Shown here in pieces: positions 1-6,108 of a stretch of 7,740 nucleotides of DNA; positions within the stretch are counted from its first letter, which is position 1; every line of letters begins with the position of its first letter. The DNA is from Candidatus Nanopusillus sp. (GTDB lineage Archaea; Nanobdellota; Nanobdellia; Nanobdellales; Nanobdellaceae): positions 1-7,740 of the forward strand of contig DAIUEN010000027.1 in NCBI GenBank assembly GCA_036845085.1, read 5' to 3'. The notes beneath the pieces are model-generated. The model saw only the letters and a list, made by a program, of their open reading frames with translations, did not search any database and was not told where the DNA came from. Made by a program: the position numbers and the translations under genes.

Positions 1-188
1 ATATACGAATACATTAAATTCTTCGGAAATAAATTATTAATTATTAAATATAGAAAAAGTCCTATATTTAGTATTAACATGAAATATATCAGATAGTCTG
101 GTACAGATTTTTGTTTAAAGTCATAATAAGATGCTATCATTAGTAATAGACCGTTCAAGTAGAATATGATATAATAATATTCTAACAT
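1..188 (-). CDS. Partial CDS (N-terminal 62 codons, continues past the left edge): putative A24-family prepilin/preflagellin (archaellin) signal peptidase
   Basis: Not in the supplied ORF track. Hand translation of the minus strand from ATG at 188..186 gives MLEYYYIIFYLNGLLLMIASYYDFKQKSVPDYLIYFMLILNIGLFLYLIINNLFPKNLMYSY, with no stop before position 1. Hydrophobic TM-like segments flank the motif DFKQKSVPD (D-x6-P-D, first Asp codon at 120..122). That spacing matches the first catalytic-Asp region of A24 peptidases (FlaK, PibD, PilD) as I recall them. Only 62 residues are visible, so the family call is tentative. Confidence 0.5.
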   Translation of the reverse strand, partial: MLEYYYIIFYLNGLLLMIASYYDFKQKSVPDYLIYFMLILNIGLFLYLIINNLFPKNLMYSY

Positions 189-197
189 TTTTTTATT

Positions 198-206
198 TTT
201 TAAATT
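198..206 (+). promoter_or_regulatory. TATA-like element (TTTTAAATT) candidate promoter for the C/D box sRNA
   Basis: The 9-mer TTTTAAATT begins exactly 30 nt upstream of the first base of the C box (228). This fits the roughly -30 to -23 position of archaeal TATA boxes if transcription starts at or just before the C box. An identical 9-mer with identical spacing precedes the ATG at 312. The background is so AT-rich that chance occurrence is plausible. Confidence 0.3.
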
Positions 207-210
207 ATCC

Positions 211-218
211 TTAAATAA
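211..218 (-). promoter_or_regulatory. TATA-like element candidate for the divergent minus-strand peptidase gene
   Basis: The minus strand reads AAAAAA-TTATTTAA (224..211), centred about 26 nt upstream of the ATG at 188. That would fit a leaderless mRNA with an A-rich BRE-like tract. Competing TATA-like strings exist on the same strand (TATAAAA at 227..221, AATTTAAAAAAT at 207..196), so the assignment is ambiguous. Confidence 0.2.
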
Positions 219-227
219 TTTTTTATA

Positions 228-276
228 GTGATGATGTGGGCACTCGCTGATAAATGATGAAAGGAGTAGCTACTGA
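228..276 (+). ncRNA. Archaeal box C/D sRNA (2'-O-methylation guide RNA), double-guide architecture
   Basis: Read directly from the sequence. C box GTGATGA (228-234), 12-nt guide TGTGGGCACTCG (235-246), D' box CTGA (247-250), 3-nt linker TAA (251-253), C' box ATGATGA (254-260), 12-nt guide AAGGAGTAGCTA (261-272), D box CTGA (273-276). Both C boxes match RUGAUGA exactly and both D boxes match CUGA. The 12-nt guides and 3-nt linker are the canonical archaeal geometry. The first guide is the most G+C-rich non-coding spot in the window. The reverse strand shows no C/D pattern. Caveat: the flanks (TTTTATA and AAAAAAT) offer only weak terminal-stem pairing. Confidence 0.8.
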
Positions 277-281
277 AAAAA

Positions 282-290
282 TTTTAAATT
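282..290 (+). promoter_or_regulatory. TATA-like element (TTTTAAATT) candidate promoter for a leaderless mRNA of ORF 312..683
   Basis: TTTTAAATT begins 30 nt upstream of the A of ATG 312 and is preceded by the A-rich tract 277-281 (BRE-like). No convincing Shine-Dalgarno lies between it and the ATG, only AGGAT at 299-303. This fits a leaderless transcript. The T-run at 282-285 lies 6 nt after the sRNA D box and could also act as an oligo-T terminator for the sRNA. Confidence 0.3.
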
Positions 291-311
291 CCAAAGTAGG
301 ATAATTAAAAT

Positions 312-683
312 ATGCCTTTAATAATACCTTCTCCAGAATATGCTAAAAGAAGAAAACTTCTAAATGAAGAAAAAAAAATAAAAGAAAAATTAAAAAATAA
401 AAGTGGAAAACTTACTATAATACTAAAGAAAGAGATAAATTTAAATAATACAGAAGATATAACAAAGTTCTTACAAATATTATATGAATTAGAAGAAAAA
501 AGATATTTTGACGAATTATATATAACCAAAAAAAATCAACTTTTAGAATACTATGATTTACTTAATTTGACAAAAACGAGTAAAAAGATTTCGGATCCAC
601 AAATTAGAGAACAAGTAATAAAATTATACAACATAATCGGAAAAATAATAGTTTTGTTAGAAAAAATAAAATCTATTTATTAA
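312..683 (+). CDS. Hypothetical small Lys/Glu-rich helical protein (123 aa), function unknown
   Basis: ATG-initiated ORF ending in TAA. Its K/E/I/L/N-rich composition matches the confident genes in this window, whereas the antisense ORF 305..529 is F/S-rich shadow sequence. I recognise no motif. The 3' end overlaps the convergent gene by 11 nt. Confidence 0.55.
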   Translation: MPLIIPSPEYAKRRKLLNEEKKIKEKLKNKSGKLTIILKKEINLNNTEDITKFLQILYELEEKRYFDELYITKKNQLLEYYDLLNLTKTSKKISDPQIREQVIKLYNIIGKIIVLLEKIKSIY

Positions 684-1920
684 ATTTTTCTAAATTCTTC
701 AATATATAATTCTGCTGTTCTAATAACAGCTTAATGGTATTCTCTATTTCAGACAATTTATCAGAAGACCCTTCTGTAATGTATTTACTTAATAATCTTT
801 TTATATTCTTAATCTCTTCTTCTAAGTAGAATATTTTTTCTATATTTTCATTTATGTAATCATAATTCATAACATTTAATATATTTTCTATCTTTTTTAT
901 TTTTTCTTCTAATTTCTGAATTTCTTCGGTAATTGAATATATCATATCTTTAAGATCTCTGTTTTCATTTTTTATATCTTCTATTTCATATTTTAACCTA
1001 TTTATATTATTGATCAACGTTTCATAATTTTGAACAAGGTCTTTAACTTTAGAAGAATCTAATATATTTTCGATTTTATCTCTCATTTTTACAGCAGATA
1101 TCTGAAGATCATCAATTATCTTATAAATTAAAGATAATTTATTCTCAAATGACAAATATTTCTCATATAAATTCTTATATTTATCTATGTATTTCAATTT
1201 TTTTATATCTTCTTCACTTATTTTACTTAAATAAGATAATTCAGATAGTTTAGCATTTAATTCTTCTAATTTTTTATTTAATTCGGATTCTATAGAATTG
1301 ATCCTATTATTTAAATCCTCTAATTTTTTATTTTTTATTTCATTGAATTCATATAATATCGAATCATATTGTTCAAATACTTGTACAAATTTACTGCTTA
1401 ATGTATTAATTATATTATTCAATTCTTTTATGTTTTTTTCAATTGGTTTAAATTCTTCTTTTTTTGTATATGTATTTTCCATTTTTTCAACTCTATTTAG
1501 TATTTCTTCTACTTGTTTTCTTAACAAGGTCAACTTTTCTGAAATATCTTTAATACTTTTATCATCCAATATCAATTTATCTACAGTAGATTTTATTTCA
1601 TTTAATTCAGACTTTACCTCTAATAAAGCATCATAATTAACAACATTTTTTATTTCAGATTCCAAAACATCTACTTTAGATTCTATATCATATAAATTAT
1701 TTAATTTTTTTATTATATCTTCGCTTAAATAAGACTTAAATTCTTCTAGCTCTTTTTTTATTATTTTAATTTTTTCTTTTAGATCATTTAAAGCTTCAAA
1801 ATATTCATCTTTTTCTACATAATTACGAAATCTTTTTTCAAGTTGTAATATTTTATTATTAGCCTTAGAAATCAAATTAACTAAACTATTAAATATCTCT
1901 ATGTCATTTTTCATATCCAT
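673..1920 (-). CDS. Long coiled-coil protein (415 aa), no recognisable enzymatic domain, last gene of the PolB array
   Basis: ATG start at 1920..1918, TAG stop at 675..673. Heptad-like K/E/I/L/N-rich sequence runs almost end to end. By eye there is one Gly, one Pro, and no Cys, His or Trp. There is no Walker A/B motif, no zinc hook (CxxC), no TM segment and no signal peptide. The start overlaps the upstream stop (TAATG). Confidence 0.8.
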   Translation of the reverse strand: MDMKNDIEIFNSLVNLISKANNKILQLEKRFRNYVEKDEYFEALNDLKEKIKIIKKELEEFKSYLSEDIIKKLNNLYDIESKVDVLESEIKNVVNYDALLEVKSELNEIKSTVDKLILDDKSIKDISEKLTLLRKQVEEILNRVEKMENTYTKKEEFKPIEKNIKELNNIINTLSSKFVQVFEQYDSILYEFNEIKNKKLEDLNNRINSIESELNKKLEELNAKLSELSYLSKISEEDIKKLKYIDKYKNLYEKYLSFENKLSLIYKIIDDLQISAVKMRDKIENILDSSKVKDLVQNYETLINNINRLKYEIEDIKNENRDLKDMIYSITEEIQKLEEKIKKIENILNVMNYDYINENIEKIFYLEEEIKNIKRLLSKYITEGSSDKLSEIENTIKLLLEQQNYILKNLEKFNK

Positions 1921-2231
1921 TATATATAATAATTTCTCTTATTTTTTAAAGCTTTCTTCAATTGATTTACTTCTATTTCTAATCTATATACTCTCTTATT
2001 TAATTCATTTAATTTTTCTAGTTCTATGAATATCGAGGAAAGTAAATCTCTCAAATCTTCTAATATTTCTTCTAAATTTTTTTTGTTATTCATCAATAAT
2101 CTCTTAACTTTAAGGTAATAGTATCTATATCTAATAGCTTTTCTTTTATATTTTTTTATTTTGTCCTTTAGATATTTTATTTCTCCACCTAGTTCATTGA
2201 TAAGTTCTTCATAATTTTTTATTTCCTCCAT
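1920..2231 (-). CDS. Small basic coiled-coil protein (103 aa), function unknown, overlaps the 3' end of polB
   Basis: ATG at 2231..2229, TAA at 1922..1920. Two predicted long helices (about residues 1-33 and 50-103) are joined by an aromatic/basic segment RYRYYYLKVKR. The gene overlaps the polB C-terminus by 23 nt in another frame and abuts the next gene by TAATG, which suggests translational coupling. Confidence 0.65.
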   Translation of the reverse strand: MEEIKNYEELINELGGEIKYLKDKIKKYKRKAIRYRYYYLKVKRLLMNNKKNLEEILEDLRDLLSSIFIELEKLNELNKRVYRLEIEVNQLKKALKNKRNYYI

Positions 2232-4644
2232 TCTTAAAATATGAAGTTATGTCTTTTTGAATTTTATATATATTTTCTACACTCAATCCTATAGCCTTCA
2301 TTACACCTTCTATAGCTGGAATTATCTGCCTTTCTATATAATATTCTACATCGTAATCATTACCTTTTACCTCATCAGTTAACCTTACTTTATCTGATAT
2401 TTTACTACCACCCCTACAAATAACATATTCTACTATAAATCCCCTACCAACCCTAAATCCCCTGTCTTTGTATTTTCTAGCTGCAATTACATGTGGAGCT
2501 GAAACTTCGTATTCTTCCAAACTTTTTCTTAATTGTTCTCTTAATACAAATTTTTCAATAGGAATTCTTCTATTCTTTATATCATCAAATAACTTTCGTA
2601 AATATTCTATTATTTCGTTTTTCTTATTCTGGAGAGCCAACTTTATTACAGTTTCTTGGGCTTCCTTAGCAATATCTGACCAATCTCTTCTAACAACTTC
2701 AAACCCTCTCAATTTTATACTACCAGATTCGGAAAGTAATGCATATTTCTTTTTGGCACCACCACCACCAGATCTTTTTTCTATAAATATCCCCGAAACA
2801 TAAAAATCTTCTAATTCTAATTCTAATGGCTTTGGTAATTCTTTATTTATTTTATCTAAAAATTCTAATCCTTTTTCTTTGTTATCCACTAATAAAAATA
2901 TAGAATCTGTATCACCATAAATAGGTCTTAATCCTTCCTGTTCCGCTTTTTTTATAACTTCTAATATATGTTTCCTACCCATAGCAGTTATAGACGCCGC
3001 ACATTCTAAACAATACCATCTAGAATTTGGAAATCCTAAATATCCATACATAGAATTAGATAATATCTTCAAAGAATATTGTTTTGCGTCTATTTCTTTA
3101 TATTCTTCAGTATTTTTGTTAATATTCTTTAATATTTTTTTTAAATTAGCTCTTTCTTCAAAAATAGACTTTAATATAGAAACTATAAACCCTTCTTTTT
3201 TGTTACAATACCATACTTCATATTTTCCTAAGCTAGTTTCTATATTGAAGCTATTTTTTCTGCATTCTTCATGTTCGCATTTCAAAGTATCTGGAGATAT
3301 ATTATATTTAATAATTATTGAGGGATATAGAGATCTAAAATCAAGTACCATAATATTTTTGTAAAATCCAGCCTTTGGTTCCAAGACAAAAGCCCCTACA
3401 TAAGAAACTTTTTTTCTTTTTTCTAATTCGTATGGATCTGGTTTATTTGGAATTATTTCATTAAATTCTCTTGCTCTTTTGATCAAATAATTTTCTACTA
3501 AAGTACCATAAGTAGCTCCAGATAATTCATATAAAGTTGTACCAGAGATTTTAGATAATTCTAATATTATTTTTTCAAAATGCTTATATAATTTATATGT
3601 TAATTCTACGTCTTTCTGATTATATTTTATTAAATACATAAAATCTTTATTATTATGTATTATATCATTCATTAAATTTATATCCATATCTAACTTAGTT
3701 TCTCCCAATATCTCTCTTGCTACTTCTTCTAAAGAATAGGTTTCAGAATCTAATTGACCAGAAAATAAAGAAACTATTATATCAAATAAATCCACATGTT
3801 GTATACCAACAATCCTATATTTTTTATCTTCTCCTTTTTTAGTGTAATGTAATCCTTTACCATCCCAACCGAAATTAAAGATATATCCTAATTTTTTAGC
3901 TCTTTCGTAAAAAAAGAAAAAATCAAAATTATTAGAGTTGTAACCTACTATAATATCTGGATCTATCTCTCGTATTATATTATTAAATTTATCTAAAAGT
4001 TCATATTCGTTGTTGACTTTTATACCTATTTCACTATTTCCTTTCCAATAAATAGAATAAAAATTTTTACCATCGTATAAACTAACTAAATATATTGGAT
4101 CTTTTTCTGGATCGGGAATTGCCTTTTCGCCAATAGATTCTATATCTATAGCTACAACTTTTAGATTATATTTCTTATCTTTTATAACATCATTTACTTT
4201 TTTTAGCTTATAGTAATCTATATTTTTCGAGCTATTTATTAACTCTAAATCAAAATCATACCAATTCAACGGATATATACTATTATCTATTTGGAACTTT
4301 TTTATTATACTTATATCACTCTCTTTTTTTCCGATTACTTTTCCTTCTTGCTTTAAAGTATCTACAAAATTTTTTATTATATCATAATCCTTTTCTTTTA
4401 TATATACCTTTATTGTTCTATATTCTCTTCCAATAAAATTCTTATTTTCTACTTCTATATTCTTTACTACATTTAATGATTTTAATCTCTTAATTACTTC
4501 CTCTTCAAAACTTGGATCTTTTAATATTATATAGATATAGAATTTCCAATAAGTTTCTATTCTTACTTTTTTTCCATTTTCATCACGCCCATATATGAAT
4601 ATTTTTTCCCCATCATGATCAAAGTCTAAAACAAAAACTTTCAT
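2209..4644 (-). CDS. polB: Family B DNA polymerase (archaeal replicative PolB type), 811 aa, intein-free
   Basis: All hallmark motifs are present. Exo I is VVAIDIES. Exo II is GYNSNNFDF. Exo III is YNQKDVELTYKLY. Pol motif A is DFRSLYPS (3319..3342). Motif B is KILSNSMYGYLG. Motif C is YGDTDS (2902..2919). The KKKY motif and the C-terminal PIP box are also present. The N-terminus aligns by eye with Thermococcales PolB. ATG at 4644..4642, TGA stop at 2211..2209. Confidence 0.97.
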   Translation of the reverse strand: MKVFVLDFDHDGEKIFIYGRDENGKKVRIETYWKFYIYIILKDPSFEEEVIKRLKSLNVVKNIEVENKNFIGREYRTIKVYIKEKDYDIIKNFVDTLKQEGKVIGKKESDISIIKKFQIDNSIYPLNWYDFDLELINSSKNIDYYKLKKVNDVIKDKKYNLKVVAIDIESIGEKAIPDPEKDPIYLVSLYDGKNFYSIYWKGNSEIGIKVNNEYELLDKFNNIIREIDPDIIVGYNSNNFDFFFFYERAKKLGYIFNFGWDGKGLHYTKKGEDKKYRIVGIQHVDLFDIIVSLFSGQLDSETYSLEEVAREILGETKLDMDINLMNDIIHNNKDFMYLIKYNQKDVELTYKLYKHFEKIILELSKISGTTLYELSGATYGTLVENYLIKRAREFNEIIPNKPDPYELEKRKKVSYVGAFVLEPKAGFYKNIMVLDFRSLYPSIIIKYNISPDTLKCEHEECRKNSFNIETSLGKYEVWYCNKKEGFIVSILKSIFEERANLKKILKNINKNTEEYKEIDAKQYSLKILSNSMYGYLGFPNSRWYCLECAASITAMGRKHILEVIKKAEQEGLRPIYGDTDSIFLLVDNKEKGLEFLDKINKELPKPLELELEDFYVSGIFIEKRSGGGGAKKKYALLSESGSIKLRGFEVVRRDWSDIAKEAQETVIKLALQNKKNEIIEYLRKLFDDIKNRRIPIEKFVLREQLRKSLEEYEVSAPHVIAARKYKDRGFRVGRGFIVEYVICRGGSKISDKVRLTDEVKGNDYDVEYYIERQIIPAIEGVMKAIGLSVENIYKIQKDITSYFKNGGNKKL
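2236..2259 (-). other. PCNA-interacting peptide (PIP box) QKDITSYF in the PolB C-terminal tail
   Basis: QKDITSYF fits Q-x-x-[ILM]-x-x-[FYW]-[FYWL] exactly. It sits 8 residues from the C-terminus, the usual location in archaeal PolB. Codons were verified by hand at 2259..2236. Confidence 0.6.
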
Positions 4645-4659
4645 AAAAAATATTAAAGT

Positions 4660-6108
4660 TTAACCCTTTATGACTGCAATAGGCCTTAATCTTACTACTG
4701 CCTTCGATATATTAAGTTTTTCTGTTACTTTTACTACTTCATCTATATTTTTATAAGCTTCTGGCACCTCTTCTACAACTCCTTCTTTTGTAGTAGATTT
4801 TACAAATATACCTCTCTTTTCTAAATTTTTAATTACATCACTATAATTAAAAGATCTTTTAGCTTGTGCTCTAGACATCATCCTACCAGCACCATGAGCT
4901 GAAGATCCGAAAGATAAATCTAAAGAAGATTCCATAGCAACCAATATGTATGTAGCTGTACCCATAGATCCTGGAATTAATACTGGTTGTCCTATTTTCT
5001 TATATCTTTCTGGTAAATCTGGATGGTTTTCTGGAAATGCTCTTGTAGCACCTTTTCTATGTACTATAACCTTTTTCCTTATACCATCCACTTTATGTTC
5101 TTCGATTTTGGCAATATTATGGGCAACGTCATAAATTACTTCTATTCCTATATTCTCTGCAGAGGTTTTATATATCTTTTCAAATGATTTTCTAACCCAA
5201 TAAGTAATTAGCTGTCTATTATTCCAAGCATAATTCGCTGCAGAGCTCATAGCTTTCCAATAGTTATGTCCATCTTCCGAAGAAAATGGTAAATAAACCA
5301 ATTCTCTATCTGGCAATTTTTTAATTTCTTCTTTATATTTTTCTAATCCCAAATTTATATAATCTGTAGCAATTTGATGACCATATCCTCGAGAACCAGA
5401 ATGTATTGTTATCATGATTTGTCCTTTTTCTTCTATTCCCAATTCTTTAGCAATTTCATAATCAAATATTTCATCTACATAATCTATCTCTAAAAAATGA
5501 TTACCAGAACCCAAAGTACCCAGCTGATCTATACCCCTTCTAATTGCAGTATTAGAAACAGAATTTATATCTGCATCTTCTAATTTACCATATGATTCTA
5601 CTCTTTCTAAATCTTCTTTCCAAGCATATCCTTCTCTATATGCCCATTCCAATCCTTCTTCAACAGCTTCTTTAAATTGACCAATAGATAACCTTATGTT
5701 TCCAGTTTCACCAACACCAGCCGGTACATTTCTAAATATTTCATCAACTAAATTTCTTAAAAATGGTCTAATATTTTCTACTTTTAGATTGGTTTTAAGA
5801 ACTCTTACCCCACAGTTTATATCATACCCTATACCACCAGGAGATATTATACCTTCTTTTATATCAAAAGCTGCAACACCACCAACTGGAAAACCATAAC
5901 CTTCATGTCCATCAGGCATTATCACTGCATATTTTTGTATTCCTGGTAGTGTTGCAACATTTCGTCCTTGTATAAGTGTTTTATCCTGTTTCATTTTTTC
6001 TAATAATTCTTCAGATGCATATATTCTAACAGGAACATTCATGTATTTATCTTTTTCTATTTCATATATATATTCCGAAATTTTTCTTATCTTTATATCC
6101 ATAATCAT
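4660..6108 (-). CDS. rtcB: RNA-splicing ligase RtcB (tRNA ligase, 3'-phosphate/5'-hydroxyl RNA ligase), 482 aa, intein-free
   Basis: Near-collinear by eye with Pyrococcus RtcB. Shared motifs are PDGHEGYGFPVGGVAAFD, GGIGYDINCGVR (metal-binding Cys), GSGNHFLE, HSGSRGYGHQ, VAHNIAKIE and SSAHGAGR. The last carries the guanylylated His, codon 4894..4896. ATG at 6108..6106 (a second Met lies at residue 3), TAA at 4662..4660. Confidence 0.97.
   Translation of the reverse strand: MIMDIKIRKISEYIYEIEKDKYMNVPVRIYASEELLEKMKQDKTLIQGRNVATLPGIQKYAVIMPDGHEGYGFPVGGVAAFDIKEGIISPGGIGYDINCGVRVLKTNLKVENIRPFLRNLVDEIFRNVPAGVGETGNIRLSIGQFKEAVEEGLEWAYREGYAWKEDLERVESYGKLEDADINSVSNTAIRRGIDQLGTLGSGNHFLEIDYVDEIFDYEIAKELGIEEKGQIMITIHSGSRGYGHQIATDYINLGLEKYKEEIKKLPDRELVYLPFSSEDGHNYWKAMSSAANYAWNNRQLITYWVRKSFEKIYKTSAENIGIEVIYDVAHNIAKIEEHKVDGIRKKVIVHRKGATRAFPENHPDLPERYKKIGQPVLIPGSMGTATYILVAMESSLDLSFGSSAHGAGRMMSRAQAKRSFNYSDVIKNLEKRGIFVKSTTKEGVVEEVPEAYKNIDEVVKVTEKLNISKAVVRLRPIAVIKG

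Noticed and set aside
305-529. 74-aa minus-strand ORF antisense to ORF 312..683
   Set aside because: It has the F/S/I-rich low-complexity composition typical of the reverse complement of a Lys/Glu-rich gene (AAA/GAA read as TTT/TTC). It is shorter than the sense ORF and has no motif.
1298-1636. 112-aa plus-strand ORF inside the 415-aa coiled-coil gene
   Set aside because: It is a shadow ORF of an AT-rich, K/E-rich gene. It is F/S/L/N-rich and low-complexity, with no independent start context.
673-1920. Rad50/SMC-like ATPase call for the 415-aa coiled-coil protein
   Set aside because: It has no Walker A/B or signature motif, no globular head domains, no CxxC zinc hook and no hinge. Sequence similarity between coiled coils is compositional and not evidence of homology.
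1920-2231. Prefoldin-beta-like interpretation of the 103-aa protein
   Set aside because: Two helices joined by a short aromatic segment are loosely reminiscent of prefoldin. I cannot align any conserved residues, and the central segment is too short and too basic to call a beta-hairpin confidently.
2468-3364. Two plus-strand ORFs (2468..2803 and 3116..3364) antisense to polB
   Set aside because: polB is unambiguous on the minus strand, with all catalytic motifs in frame. The antisense ORFs are short, Phe/Ser/Leu-rich shadows.
4564-4586. Additional C-box-like heptamers inside coding regions. These are minus-strand GTGATGA at 4586..4580 and other TGATGA strings near 1108..1113, 2094, 2373..2379, 2584 and 5743.
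   Set aside because: None of those I checked by eye is followed by CTGA at the required spacing of about 12 nt. All lie within confident CDSs, and TGATGA is expected by chance in AT-rich sequence.
2209-4644. PolB as part of a casposon, virus or plasmid, or an intein-containing or split PolB
   Set aside because: The protein has the canonical RNA-primed archaeal PolB layout with a C-terminal PIP box. No Cas1, terminal-protein-type features, integrase or terminal inverted repeats are visible. Motifs A, B and C are contiguous, with no intein-sized insertion (811 aa in total).
4946-5899. Two plus-strand ORFs (4946..5134 and 5696..5899) antisense to rtcB
   Set aside because: rtcB is unambiguous on the minus strand. 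These antisense ORFs have no motifs and arise from the locally higher G+C, which reduces stop-codon frequency.
4660-6108. RtcB plus polymerase as an RNA-repair or anti-phage defence module
   Set aside because: RtcB here is the standard archaeal tRNA-splicing ligase with full-length collinearity to Pyrococcus RtcB. No RtcA/RtcR, Hen1/Pnkp, toxin, nuclease or sensor genes accompany it. The adjacency is better explained by dense packing of housekeeping genes.
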